DNA of 64,000 bases from contig CANTXF010000034.1 in NCBI GenBank assembly GCA_947853665.1, positions 34,805 to 98,804 of the forward strand. The letters run 5' to 3'. A program made the position numbers and the translations under genes. Source of the stretch: an uncultured Deferribacterales bacterium. Its GTDB lineage: Bacteria > Chrysiogenota > Deferribacteres > Deferribacterales > Mucispirillaceae. Every line of letters begins with the position of its first letter. Within the stretch, counting starts at the first letter, position 1. Under the pieces are notes generated by a model that made no database searches, was not told the DNA's origin, and saw only the letters and a program-made list of their open reading frames with translations. Of the stretch, positions 49,695 to 59,905 are shown piece by piece.

Positions 49695-52600
49695 ATGCCG
49701 AAAAGGGAAGATATTAAAAAGGTTATGATAATAGGTTCCGGCCCTATCGTAATAGGCCAGGCCTGCGAATTCGACTATTCCGGGACCCAGGCCTGCAAAG
49801 CCCTGAAAGAGCTTGGCTACGAGGTGGTTCTGGTAAATTCCAACCCGGCCACGATAATGACGGACCCGGACACGGCCGATATTACTTATATAGAGCCCCT
49901 TAACGTGGAAAGGCTGGAAGAGATAATAGCCAAAGAACGCCCGGATTCCCTCCTGCCGAGCCTCGGCGGGCAGACAGGCCTTAACCTTACCATAGAGCTT
50001 TCCAAAGCCGGGGTTCTTGAAAAATACGGCGTGGAAGTAATCGGCATAAATCTGGATGCGATAGAAAAAGGCGAAGACAGGATAATATTTAAGGAAACCA
50101 TGGAAAAAATAGGCGTGGAAATGCCTAAAAGCATACCGGCGTATTCTGTGGAGGAAGCGGAAAAAATAGCTTCCGACCTTGGATACCCGGTGGTCGTACG
50201 CCCGGCTTATACTCTGGGCGGCACGGGGGGAGGCCTAGTATATAACTCTACCGAGCTGCGAAAAATAGCCTCCAACGGCATTGCAGCCTCCATGATACAT
50301 CAGGTGCTTATAGAAGAAAGCGTGGCCGGCTGGGAAGAGCTGGAGCTGGAAATAGTAAGAGACTGCAAAGGCCGGATAATAACCGTATGCTTTATAGAGA
50401 ATATAGACCCCATGGGCGTACACACGGGAGACTCCTTCTGTTCCGCGCCTATGCTCACCATATCGGAGGACGTGCAGAAAAGGCTTCAGAAACACGCCTG
50501 GGATATAGCCAACAGCGTAGGCGTTACCGGCGGAACAAACGTGCAGTTCGCTCACGACCCAGTGTCCGACAGGATAGTTATAATAGAGATAAACCCAAGA
50601 ACCTCCCGTTCGTCGGCTCTCGCATCCAAGGCGACCGGATTTCCGATAGCGTATATATCCGCCAAGCTGGCGGTAGGCGTTACCCTCGACGAGCTGCCAC
50701 ACTACAAGTTCGGCACTCTCGATAAATACGTTCCCAACGGGGATTACGTGGTAATAAAATTCGCGCGCTGGGCTTTTGAAAAATTCCCTCAGGAAAAGGA
50801 CGTTTTAGGCACGCAGATGAAGGCCGTAGGCGAAGTTATGAGCATAGGCTCCACTTATAAGGAAGCCTTCCTCAAGGCCATACGCTCCCTCGAAAACGGA
50901 CGTTTCGGCCTTGGCCGGGTGGCAAAATACGAAGCTATGACGAAGGACGAGCTTCTGGCCCTTTTATGGCAGCCTTCCGGAGAACGCCAGTGGATAATGT
51001 ACGAAGCGCTTAAAAAAGGCGCTTCGGCGGACGAGCTCCACGAGCTGACAAAAATCAAGAAATATTTTATAGAGCAGATGAAGGAGCTTGCGGAGCTGGA
51101 AGAGAAAATAAACAGCTTCACCCTCCAGACCCTGCCGGACGAGGTGCTTTTAAAAGCCAAGAAAGACGGCTTTTCGGACAAATATATAGCCGACATCCTC
51201 AACACAAAGGAAAAACGCATAAGAGACAGGCGCAGGCTTATAGGCCTTCACCCGTCGTTTTTGCCCATAGGGGTTTCCGGCGTGGAGAAGGACGAAAAAA
51301 CAGGCGGTTCCTCCGCGTTTTATTATTATTCCACCTACAACCGCAGGGACGGCGCCGGGCGGGAGGAAACAGGCAGGAAAAAGGTCATGGTGCTTGGCAG
51401 CGGCCCTAACAGGATAGGCCAGGGCATAGAGTTCGACTACTGCTCCGTCCACGCGGCTATGGCCATGAGAAGCGCCGGATACGAAACTATAATTGTAAAC
51501 TGCAACCCGGAAACCGTCTCCACGGATTACGACACATCCGATAGGCTCTATTTCGAACCCCTTACGGTGGAGGACGTTACGGAAATATACGAGCATGAAA
51601 AACCGGAGGGCATAATAGTGCAGTTCGGCGGCCAGACGCCGCTCAACATTGCCAGAAAGCTGGAAGAAGCCGGCGTCAATATGCTGGGAACGAAGCCTTC
51701 CGTCATCGCTTCCGTAGAGGACAGGGAGATTTTTGCCGGGCTTATGGAAAAGCTCCGTATACGTATGCCGGAGGCCGGCACGGCTTCACGCCTGGAGGAT
51801 GTGGAAGCGATAGTGGAAAAAATAGGCTATCCGGTGATACTGCGCCCCTCTTTCGTTTTGGGAGGCCGGGGAATGGCCGTTATAAGAGATTCGGAAGAGC
51901 TGCGCGATTACATATCCGGCTCCGTAGAAATATCCAAAGACAGACCTCTCCTTATAGACAGGTTTCTGGACGACGCCCTCGAATGCGAAGCCGACGCCCT
52001 CTGCGACGGTAAAACAGCTTTCGTGCCCGTTATAATGGAGCACATAGAGCTTGCCGGAGTCCACTCCGGCGATTCGGCCTGCGTGATCCCCCCGGTAAGG
52101 CTCACGGAAAAGCAGCGTGAGGAAATAGAGACGTATATGCGCAAAATAGCTCTTGAGCTTGGAGTGGTGGGCCTTATAAACGTACAGTTCGCCGTGGAAA
52201 AGGATACGGTATATATACTAGAAGCAAACCCCAGGGCCTCCAGAACCGTGCCGATAGTATCCAAGGTATGCGGTATCCCCATGGCGAAGATAGCCACCAT
52301 GCTTATGGAGGGAGCCAGCCTGGAAAGCTTTGGCCTTAAAAAGCCCGAATTCGATTTTTACGCTGTAAAGCAGGCTATAATGCCCTTTAATAAATTTACC
52401 GACACGGACCCGGTGCTGGGGCCTGAAATGAAATCCACCGGAGAAGTAATGGCCACGGCGGATTCTTTCGGATACGCCTTTTACAAGGCGGAGGAAGCCT
52501 CCGGCCAGCCTTTGCCCAAAGAAGGCAGCGTGCTTATGTCCTTCGCTAAAAAAACCGGCGAAGTCCTCGAAATAGCCAGGACCCTCTCCAGGCTGGGATT

Positions 52601-52919
52601 TAATCTCATAGCCACGGAAGGCACCCATAAATTTCTCGAGGAAAACGGCATACGGTCGGAATTCGTTTATAAGGAAAGCCAGGGGCGGCCTAACATAACC
52701 GATTTAATAATAAACAACCGCCTTAACATGATAATGGACACTCCGGGAAGCAAATCCTCCCAGACGGACGGCGCCCTTATAAGAAAGCAGGCGGTCAAGT
52801 TCGGCATACCCTACGTTACGACAGTAGCCGGAGCGGCGGCGGCGGCAAACGGCATAAAAGCGGCCGTCAGCGAAAAAACCCGCACCCGCTCTCTCCAGGA
52901 AATACAAAGGCGGGCCTGA
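49695..52919 (+). CDS. carB: carbamoyl-phosphate synthase large subunit
   Basis: 1074 aa. Two ATP-grasp repeats (VMIIGSGPIVIGQACEFDYSG / VMVLGSGPNRIGQGIEFDY) and an MGS-like C-terminus. Confidence 0.9.
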   Translation: MPKREDIKKVMIIGSGPIVIGQACEFDYSGTQACKALKELGYEVVLVNSNPATIMTDPDTADITYIEPLNVERLEEIIAKERPDSLLPSLGGQTGLNLTIELSKAGVLEKYGVEVIGINLDAIEKGEDRIIFKETMEKIGVEMPKSIPAYSVEEAEKIASDLGYPVVVRPAYTLGGTGGGLVYNSTELRKIASNGIAASMIHQVLIEESVAGWEELELEIVRDCKGRIITVCFIENIDPMGVHTGDSFCSAPMLTISEDVQKRLQKHAWDIANSVGVTGGTNVQFAHDPVSDRIVIIEINPRTSRSSALASKATGFPIAYISAKLAVGVTLDELPHYKFGTLDKYVPNGDYVVIKFARWAFEKFPQEKDVLGTQMKAVGEVMSIGSTYKEAFLKAIRSLENGRFGLGRVAKYEAMTKDELLALLWQPSGERQWIMYEALKKGASADELHELTKIKKYFIEQMKELAELEEKINSFTLQTLPDEVLLKAKKDGFSDKYIADILNTKEKRIRDRRRLIGLHPSFLPIGVSGVEKDEKTGGSSAFYYYSTYNRRDGAGREETGRKKVMVLGSGPNRIGQGIEFDYCSVHAAMAMRSAGYETIIVNCNPETVSTDYDTSDRLYFEPLTVEDVTEIYEHEKPEGIIVQFGGQTPLNIARKLEEAGVNMLGTKPSVIASVEDREIFAGLMEKLRIRMPEAGTASRLEDVEAIVEKIGYPVILRPSFVLGGRGMAVIRDSEELRDYISGSVEISKDRPLLIDRFLDDALECEADALCDGKTAFVPVIMEHIELAGVHSGDSACVIPPVRLTEKQREEIETYMRKIALELGVVGLINVQFAVEKDTVYILEANPRASRTVPIVSKVCGIPMAKIATMLMEGASLESFGLKKPEFDFYAVKQAIMPFNKFTDTDPVLGPEMKSTGEVMATADSFGYAFYKAEEASGQPLPKEGSVLMSFAKKTGEVLEIARTLSRLGFNLIATEGTHKFLEENGIRSEFVYKESQGRPNITDLIINNRLNMIMDTPGSKSSQTDGALIRKQAVKFGIPYVTTVAGAAAAANGIKAAVSEKTRTRSLQEIQRRA

Positions 52920-53900
52920 ATGAGCCTGAAAGAAGCGGCAGAAGGGGTATTATCCCGCAAATCTTTCTGGCTGGCGGCGGCGCTGGCGCTTTCCGTGCTG
53001 ACGCCGAACCCGGCCTTCGGCCTGATAGCCGGTGTGCTTATAGCCCTTATATTCGACAACCCGTTAAAACAATTTACGGGAAAAACGTCCAAAACGCTGC
53101 TTCAGGCTTCCGTTGTCCTTCTGGGCTTCGGCCTTCAGTTCGCGGTGATAATAAAAGTGGGCCTTTCCTCCATAGGCATAACCTTTACCGGCATAGCCGC
53201 CACCCTTATAATAGGCCTTATTCTGGGCAGAATATTCCGCCTGGAAAAAAACCTTTCCACCCTGATTACAAGCGGCACTGCTATATGCGGCGGAAGCGCC
53301 ATAGCGGCGATGGCCCCGGCCATAGGAGCGTCCCACGCGGAAACCGCCGTGGCGATGGCCGTGGTGTTCCTGCTTAACGCGGCGGGCCTCGTAATATTTC
53401 CTCCTCTGGGGCATATTTTCGGCATGAGTCAGGAAACTTTCGGCCTGTGGGCGGCTGTGGCCATACACGATACGTCCAGTGTGGTCGGAGCGGCCGCGGC
53501 CTACGGCACTACGGCTGCAGTGATAGCGACCACCGTAAAGCTGACGCGCGCCCTGTGGATTCTGCCCCTTTCTTTCGGCGCGGCAAAGCTGAACAAATCG
53601 GAAACAAAACCTAAATTTCAGTGGTTTCTTATAGGGTTTATGGCGGCGGGCCTTATAAGGTCCCTTATCCCTTCAGGAGAGCCCGTATGGAACGCAATGG
53701 CAGCAGCTGGAAAGCACATGATGACAGGCACCCTGTTCCTGGTAGGTTCGGTCCTTACTTTTTCTGAAATCAGAAAAATAGGCGTAAGGCCCCTCGTTAT
53801 GGCCGTGGCGCTGTGGATAATAATATCCGTACTATCTTTTGCGGCCATCTATTCGGGGTTTTGGAGCATACCAGCCGATATAATCTTTACAAGCGATTAA
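52920..53900 (+). CDS. polytopic membrane protein, YeiH/UPF0324-type putative transporter
   Basis: About 10 TM helices. The family assignment is tentative. Confidence 0.45.
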   Translation: MSLKEAAEGVLSRKSFWLAAALALSVLTPNPAFGLIAGVLIALIFDNPLKQFTGKTSKTLLQASVVLLGFGLQFAVIIKVGLSSIGITFTGIAATLIIGLILGRIFRLEKNLSTLITSGTAICGGSAIAAMAPAIGASHAETAVAMAVVFLLNAAGLVIFPPLGHIFGMSQETFGLWAAVAIHDTSSVVGAAAAYGTTAAVIATTVKLTRALWILPLSFGAAKLNKSETKPKFQWFLIGFMAAGLIRSLIPSGEPVWNAMAAAGKHMMTGTLFLVGSVLTFSEIRKIGVRPLVMAVALWIIISVLSFAAIYSGFWSIPADIIFTSD

Positions 53901-53957
53901 ATATGTCGTTAAATATCTCTTACGGAGCGGTTTTTTAACCGCTTCGGGGGAGAAAGT

Positions 53958-54761
53958 ATGGACATATCCTATTTGGAAACCCTTAACCCGGTGCTGCTCG
54001 CCCTTATGGGAGGAGTCTTTACATGGGGTATGACTGCCCTGGGCGCGGCGCTTGTATTCTTTTTTAAAAGCATAAACAAATCCGTACTCAATACCATGCT
54101 GGGCTTTGCCGCCGGAGTAATGGTGGCCGCGTCCTTCTGGTCCCTACTGCTGCCCGCGCTGGAGCTTTCAAAGGATGACGCTATGCCGTGGCTTCCGCTG
54201 GTGGCAGGCTTCGCCCTTGGCGGCCTTTTTCTGCTGCTTGCGGACCATATAGTGCCGCACCTGCACCCGAACACTAACGACGCCCCGGAAGGCATACACA
54301 CCTCATGGAGAAGAAGCGTTCTTCTTGTTATGGCCATAACGCTGCACAATATACCGGAGGGCCTGGCCTTCGGCGTTGCTTTCGGCCTGGTGGGACAGGA
54401 GCCGGGAGCAATAATGGGAGCCGCAACCCTTGCTCTCGGAATAGGTATACAGAACTTTCCGGAGGGAGCGGCCGTGTCGATCCCTTTAAGGAAGGAAGGC
54501 ATATCGAGGCGCAAAAGTTTCTTTTACGGCCAGATATCCGGCATAGTGGAGCCTATAGCGGCAATGCTGGGGGCGTGGTTCGCCATGTCAATGACGGCTC
54601 TGCTGCCCTACGCTCTTTCGTTTGCCGCAGGAGCCATGATATACGTCGTGGTGGAGGAGCTTATTCCGGAATCCCAGAGTGCTGAACACAGCCACGGCGC
54701 GACCTTCGGGTCTATGGCGGGGTTTCTGCTTATGACGTTTCTAGACGTGGCCCTGGGGTAG
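53958..54761 (+). CDS. ZIP-family zinc/metal transporter (ZupT-like)
   Basis: HNIPEGLAFG and QNFPEGAAV signature motifs. Confidence 0.75.
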   Translation: MDISYLETLNPVLLALMGGVFTWGMTALGAALVFFFKSINKSVLNTMLGFAAGVMVAASFWSLLLPALELSKDDAMPWLPLVAGFALGGLFLLLADHIVPHLHPNTNDAPEGIHTSWRRSVLLVMAITLHNIPEGLAFGVAFGLVGQEPGAIMGAATLALGIGIQNFPEGAAVSIPLRKEGISRRKSFFYGQISGIVEPIAAMLGAWFAMSMTALLPYALSFAAGAMIYVVVEELIPESQSAEHSHGATFGSMAGFLLMTFLDVALG

Positions 54762-54926
54762 AGATAAATATAAGGGGGGCCGTCCATTAACGCAGATATA
54801 TTTGAAGCAAACGATTATAATATCCGCTCCGCCCGCGTAAAAAAATACGGATGCCTGTATAATCCATATATTTTTACAGCGGTTTAATAAAATAAACGTC
54901 TTTTCCCTTGCATTCGCCCCGCCTAT

Positions 54927-54977
54927 CCGCTATAAAAATAGCGGCGGTTACATTATGAAAACCGCCGCTGTTTTCAG
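54927..54977 (+). promoter_or_regulatory. two overlapping, mutually exclusive perfect hairpins (CCGCTAT-aaaa-ATAGCGG and CGGCGGTT-N10-AACCGCCG followed by a T-run) upstream of the DUF805 gene
   Basis: Direct reading. The second hairpin plus CTGTTTTC resembles an intrinsic terminator. The first hairpin shares the GCGG nucleotides with it. Confidence 0.3.
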
Positions 54978-55005
54978 CAGGACAATATGTACGGAGGGTG
55001 CTTTT

Positions 55006-55362
55006 ATGTCCAATCTTATTAATTGGTACACTGCGGTATTAAAGAATTATACCGGCTTCACGGGGAGAGCGAGAAGGGCGGAGTTCTGGTGGTTTACGCT
55101 CGCCAACCTTATAATTTCGATAATTATATCCATTATCGTGAACATTCTTGTAGGCGTTACGGGTGTTCTGGCGTTTTCCTTCCTTTCCACTATTTACAGT
55201 CTCGCCGTATTCTGCCCGACCATAGCAGTGGGCATCAGACGTATGCACGATATAGGCCGCAAAGGCTGGTGGATTCTCGTTCCATTATACAACCTCTATC
55301 TCTGGAGCATAGACAGCGAACCGGGAGAAAACCTGTACGGCCCTAACCCTAAAGGAAACTGA
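55006..55362 (+). CDS. DUF805 (YhaH-like) inner-membrane protein
   Basis: MSNLINWYTAVLKNYTGFTGRARRAEFWWF is the DUF805 signature. A GGAGGG RBS precedes the ATG at 55006. Confidence 0.6.
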   Translation: MSNLINWYTAVLKNYTGFTGRARRAEFWWFTLANLIISIIISIIVNILVGVTGVLAFSFLSTIYSLAVFCPTIAVGIRRMHDIGRKGWWILVPLYNLYLWSIDSEPGENLYGPNPKGN

Positions 55363-55395
55363 TAATAATTTTAAGCCGCTTTAAAAGCGGCTTTT

Positions 55396-56736
55396 TTATT
55401 CGGTAATTTCCTTAACGCATTCCGCGCATACGCCGGCGGCAAATTCCATATCTCCGTAACCGATAACAAGGGGCGGATTAAAATATATAACGTCCCCCAA
55501 GGGTTTCAGCATAACGCCTTTCTCAAGGGCTTTTTTATATATTTCCCTGCCCAGCCTCAGCTCTTTGGGAAAAGGCTCTCCTGTTTTTTTATCCTTAACA
55601 AGCTCCACCGCGTTAATAAGGCCTGCGGAGCGTATTTCTCCCACATGGGAAAGGCCGGACAAAAGGTCGTTAAGCAGACCGTTAAAAAAGGACGCCTTTT
55701 CGGCGGCTTTCTCGAGAATACCATCCTCTTCCATAATATCGATAACCTCACAGGCGGCGGCGCAGGCAAGAGGGTTGCCGCTGTACGTATGGCTGTGGAG
55801 AAAAGCCCTGCCTTCGCCGAAGTCGGCGTAAAAAGCGTCGTAAATCCTCTCCGTTACGGCGACTGCCGCCATCGGCATATACCCGCCGGTAAGGCCTTTT
55901 GAAATACACATTATATCGGGCGTGATTCCCGCGTGGGAACAGGCGAACATTTTGCCCGTGCGCCCGAAGCCTGTGGCGATTTCGTCGGCTATCAATAAAA
56001 TATTATAAGCTTCGCATGCTTTTTTCAGCTTTTTAAGATAAACCGGCGGGTATATCCTCATTCCGGCGGCTCCCTGAAGTATAGGCTCTACGAGAAAAGC
56101 GCATACTTCGCGGCCATGCTTCTCAAAAGCCGCCTCCGCCGCTTCAAAGCATTCCCCCGAGCAGGAGTCCCTTGAAAGCCCGTATTTACAGCGATAGCAA
56201 TCCGGCCCTTCTACCCGTATCACATCAGTTAGGATAGGCTTATAAATATCCGAATAATCGCCGCAGCCGCAGGCGGAAAGCGCGCCCATCGTTTCACCGT
56301 GGTAAGCTCCGGTAAGGGCCATGAAACGCCTCCTGCCGGTTGAGCCGGTTTGAAAATGATATTGAAAGCTCATTTTCATGGCGGCTTCTACGGCGGAAGA
56401 GCCGTTATCCGTAAAATGAAACCTGGAGAGCCCGCGGGGCAGGATTCGGGCCAGCTTCTCGCATAAAATAATCGCCGGTTTATGGGAAAAATTGCAGAAA
56501 ATAACATGCTCCAGCCTATCTATCTGCCTTTTTACAGCCTCGCCGATTCTCTCGTTGCAATGGCCAAGAAGATTGCACCACCACGAGCTTATAACGTCAA
56601 GATACCTTTTCCCCTCGGTATCGTAAAGGTTCACGCCTTCGCCGCGTTCTATAACTATCGGCGGCATATCCTCATAATCCTTCATCTGGGAACAGGGATG
56701 CCATATATGTCTCAGATCCCTTTCAGCCCAGCTCAC
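55396..56736 (-). CDS. bioA: adenosylmethionine-8-amino-7-oxononanoate aminotransferase
   Basis: Class-III aminotransferase with BioA motifs (RHIWHP, SWW). I placed the start at the GTG preceded by a GGAGG RBS. It overlaps the bioD TGA stop (GTGA). Confidence 0.8.
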   Translation of the reverse strand: MSWAERDLRHIWHPCSQMKDYEDMPPIVIERGEGVNLYDTEGKRYLDVISSWWCNLLGHCNERIGEAVKRQIDRLEHVIFCNFSHKPAIILCEKLARILPRGLSRFHFTDNGSSAVEAAMKMSFQYHFQTGSTGRRRFMALTGAYHGETMGALSACGCGDYSDIYKPILTDVIRVEGPDCYRCKYGLSRDSCSGECFEAAEAAFEKHGREVCAFLVEPILQGAAGMRIYPPVYLKKLKKACEAYNILLIADEIATGFGRTGKMFACSHAGITPDIMCISKGLTGGYMPMAAVAVTERIYDAFYADFGEGRAFLHSHTYSGNPLACAAACEVIDIMEEDGILEKAAEKASFFNGLLNDLLSGLSHVGEIRSAGLINAVELVKDKKTGEPFPKELRLGREIYKKALEKGVMLKPLGDVIYFNPPLVIGYGDMEFAAGVCAECVKEITE

Positions 56737-57389
56737 AGAAAAACCTCCGCGTCCAGAGTTTCGGCCCCTTTTTCCACGGCGGCTATAACCGGAAGCCCGA
56801 TAAGCCTTTCTATGGTTTTTCTGTTGTCGGAGCATATTACGCAGCCGTTTTCATACATATTCATAATTATCCCCTTTACAGGAAGAGAAAGCCCCTTCGC
56901 ATAGTACGCGGCCGTTACCGCCAGACTTATGGCCCCAAGGCCGGAGGGCGTAACGATAATAATTTCAAGGCCGATAGCTTTTATAACGTCCGCTAAAGAC
57001 AGAACGTCGGAAAGAGGGCATCCTATGCCGCCGCAGCCTTCTACCGCCACGTATTCGAAAACGCCGGAAATTCTTTTAAAATCCCTGCATATTCGGGATA
57101 TTTTAACCTCCGTCCCCTCCAGCCGGGCGGCAAGATGCGGAGATACCGGTTCTCTGAAAGCGTAGCCCGTAAAATCCATAGGATCGCCTTCGATTCCGGC
57201 CATTTCAAGAACGAAGCGGGTATCGCCCGGAATGACGCTCCCTCCACGCCCGCCTTCCGCCCCGCTTAATACCGGTTTGTAATAACCCGCGTTTATTCCG
57301 GCATTCCGCAGGCTCTTTACTATCAGGGCGGAAATGTACGTCTTGCCCTCCCCCGTTCCGGCGGCAGTGACGAAAACACCTCCGCTCAT
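56733..57389 (-). CDS. bioD: dethiobiotin synthetase
   Basis: VFVTAAGTGEGKTYIS P-loop and YYKPVLSG motif. Confidence 0.8.
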   Translation of the reverse strand: MSGGVFVTAAGTGEGKTYISALIVKSLRNAGINAGYYKPVLSGAEGGRGGSVIPGDTRFVLEMAGIEGDPMDFTGYAFREPVSPHLAARLEGTEVKISRICRDFKRISGVFEYVAVEGCGGIGCPLSDVLSLADVIKAIGLEIIIVTPSGLGAISLAVTAAYYAKGLSLPVKGIIMNMYENGCVICSDNRKTIERLIGLPVIAAVEKGAETLDAEVFL

Positions 57390-58333
57390 ACGGAGAACCC
57401 CAGCTCTTTTATCAAAGCCTTATCCTGGGCGGCGGATACTCCGCCGGTAGTAAGCATGTCGCCGGTTATGGCGGCGTTTACGCCGGCCAGAAAAAGGCCG
57501 CGCCCCTTATCGGGCAAACCAGCCCTCCCGCCGGCAGCCCTTATGAAAGAGGAAGGCAGTATAAACCTGAAAACGGCCGCAGTCCTTAGTATTTCATCGT
57601 AAGGCAGAGGCCTGGCATTTTCCAGAGGCGTGCCCTTTATGGGCGTCAGAATATTTAGCGGAACGGAGGAAACGCGCAGTTTTTTCAGCTCAAGAGCCAG
57701 ACTCGTCCGGTCCTCTCTGGTTTCTCCCATGCCTATTATGCCGCCGCAGCATATTTCCATTCCCACCGCTCTGGCTTTTTTCAGAACCTCCAGCTTATCA
57801 TCGTAGCTGTGAGTCGAACATATTTCAGGAAAAAAACGCCTGGAAGTTTCAAGATTGCAGTGATACCTTTCTACGCCGGAATCTTTAAGGGCGGAAAACC
57901 AGCCGTCGTCAAGAAGACCGCAGGAAACGCACAGACTTACGCCGCAGCGCTTTTTTATATAAGCCGCGGCAGTGCACAGCTCTTCCGCCTCCCGAGGTGA
58001 AAGCTTTCTGCCGGAAGTTACAATGGAAAAACGCTTTATACCGGCACCAAAGCTCCTTTCCGCCGCCCTGAGCAAAACATCCCTGCCGAGAAGCGGATAT
58101 TCATCAATATGAGCTCCGTAAGCGGAAGACTGGGCGCAATACCTGCAATCCTCCGGGCAGCGGCCGCTTTTACCGTTTATTATGGAGCAGAAATCGAAAC
58201 TGTCCCCGCAGAAATGCCCTCGGATACGGGATGCGGCGGCGGTAAGCTCATCAAGCGGATAATTCCATAGCTTTTCGTATCTTTCCAGGCATATATCAAG
58301 GCCCTTAATCACGTCGTTTTCAATGTCCGTCAC
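57386..58333 (-). CDS. bioB: biotin synthase (radical SAM)
   Basis: CPEDCRYCAQS CxxxCxxC radical-SAM motif plus the BioB C-terminal motifs. Confidence 0.9.
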   Translation of the reverse strand: MTDIENDVIKGLDICLERYEKLWNYPLDELTAAASRIRGHFCGDSFDFCSIINGKSGRCPEDCRYCAQSSAYGAHIDEYPLLGRDVLLRAAERSFGAGIKRFSIVTSGRKLSPREAEELCTAAAYIKKRCGVSLCVSCGLLDDGWFSALKDSGVERYHCNLETSRRFFPEICSTHSYDDKLEVLKKARAVGMEICCGGIIGMGETREDRTSLALELKKLRVSSVPLNILTPIKGTPLENARPLPYDEILRTAAVFRFILPSSFIRAAGGRAGLPDKGRGLFLAGVNAAITGDMLTTGGVSAAQDKALIKELGFSV

Positions 58334-58904
58334 GAAATCTCCCGATAACCGGCCTCAGTCTCCGCCCGAGAAAAGCCCCCAGCACGCACAGAAGAATATC
58401 GCCCGGAACGGCGAGGGCAAAACAATAAACAAACAGTATTTTCCACCCGGCGGGAGAACCGGTGTAATATTTTGAAATAAACCAATAGTAGGCTATCCCC
58501 ATGGCATATACGACGGCAAGCCCGGCAAAATCGGCCGCAATGAGCCGCTTTATAGACGGCGCAGCCTCTCTGCCGGCCACAAGTCCGGAAACGTAAGCCC
58601 CCGCGCAGAAACCTGCCAGATAACCGAAAGTAGGCTGGAATACATAGGACGGCCCGCCTCCCATAGTAAAAACCGGCAGGCCCGAAAGACCCAGCAAAAT
58701 GTAAAGCAGTACGGAAGCGGCTCCGAGCCTCGGCCCCAGAACCAAACCGGCGAGAGTTGTAAAAAGAAACTGGAGAGTAAAAGGCAGAAAAGGAACGGGT
58801 ATCCGTATGAACGCCCCTACGGCGATAAGAGCGGCAAACTGGCCGCATAGAACCATGGAGCGGATTTTAACAAGCCTTGCGGCAAATGAACCGCCCGCGC
58901 TCAT
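58320..58904 (-). CDS. bioY: biotin transporter BioY (ECF S-component)
   Basis: 194 aa, about 6 TM. I trimmed the start to the ATG at 58904, which overlaps the birA stop (ATGA). Confidence 0.7.
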   Translation of the reverse strand: MSAGGSFAARLVKIRSMVLCGQFAALIAVGAFIRIPVPFLPFTLQFLFTTLAGLVLGPRLGAASVLLYILLGLSGLPVFTMGGGPSYVFQPTFGYLAGFCAGAYVSGLVAGREAAPSIKRLIAADFAGLAVVYAMGIAYYWFISKYYTGSPAGWKILFVYCFALAVPGDILLCVLGAFLGRRLRPVIGRFRDGH

Positions 58905-59854
58905 AACGCCGCCCTGACGCTTACCTCTCCGGAACGAAGCGTCCTGAGGGAACCGTCTCCCAGTTTTACCATAAGGCCGCATCGCTCGTCTATGCCGCAG
59001 GCAAAAGCGGTGTAGGAACGCCCGGCCTCCGTAACCTCCACCGGCCGTCCGGAAACGGCGGAACGCCTGCGGTATTCGTCTATGAAACCGTCTGAATCCA
59101 TGGAAAGGACGCTGTTTATAAGCTCCGCCGCAAGCCTGTTCCTTGTGCGGCCCGGCTCCGGCCTTTCCGCAAGGGAGCACGCCGTTTTCTCAAGATATTC
59201 CGGAAAAACGGTGCAGAAATTAACGCCTATGCCCAAAACTACGGATTCCACAGAACCGCTTTCAAAATCGGCCGCAGCCTCCGTCAGTATGCCGCATACT
59301 TTACGGCCGTTCAGCATAATATCGTTTACCCATTTTATGGAGGTTTCGCAGGGGAAAACGGCCTCGATAGCCCTGCAAACGGCCACGGCGGCGGCTCCTG
59401 TTATAGTAAGAGCCTCTTTTACCGTGGTTTCCGGCCTTAAAACGGCGCTCATATAAACGCCGGTGCCGGCCGGGGAATAAAAGCCCCTGCCTTTGCGGCC
59501 CCTGCCGGCGGACTGGCCGTCGGCAAAGACGAAGGTACCTTCGGCCGCTCCGTTCAGAGCCAGCTTTTTAGCCTCCGTATTGGTGGATTCGAGAGTATCG
59601 TATATGCGAATTCCGGCCGGCCGCGCTTTAAGGAACGGGGCCATGGCCTCCTCCGAAAGAACGTCGTTCTCCGGCCTGAAACGATACCCGCGCCTGCTGG
59701 CGGCTTCTATAAGGTGCCCGTTTTCCCTCAGGGAGCTTACGGCCTTCCACACGGCGGCCCTCGTAACGCCCAGAGATGAAGCGAGAGACTCCCCGGTAAC
59801 CCAGGCCCCGGAATTTTTTGCAAGAAAGGATAATACGCGGCTTTTAGTGTCCAT
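58901..59854 (-). CDS. birA: bifunctional biotin-[acetyl-CoA-carboxylase] ligase and biotin operon repressor
   Basis: N-terminal HTH, a BPL catalytic domain with a GRGRxGR-like motif (GRGRKGRGF), and a C-terminal SH3-like domain. Confidence 0.8.
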   Translation of the reverse strand: MDTKSRVLSFLAKNSGAWVTGESLASSLGVTRAAVWKAVSSLRENGHLIEAASRRGYRFRPENDVLSEEAMAPFLKARPAGIRIYDTLESTNTEAKKLALNGAAEGTFVFADGQSAGRGRKGRGFYSPAGTGVYMSAVLRPETTVKEALTITGAAAVAVCRAIEAVFPCETSIKWVNDIMLNGRKVCGILTEAAADFESGSVESVVLGIGVNFCTVFPEYLEKTACSLAERPEPGRTRNRLAAELINSVLSMDSDGFIDEYRRRSAVSGRPVEVTEAGRSYTAFACGIDERCGLMVKLGDGSLRTLRSGEVSVRAAL

Positions 59855-59905
59855 CTCCCTCCGCCTTTTTCAGATTTTCAAAAAATGATAGCAGACGGAG
59901 AGAGA

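Noticed and set aside
54830-54850. Zur-box-like ATTATAAT near zupT
   Set aside because: It is downstream of the gene and not a full Zur palindrome.
58330-58848. 172-aa minus-strand ORF in another frame over bioY
   Set aside because: Arg-rich alternative frame. The BioY frame has clear transmembrane homology.
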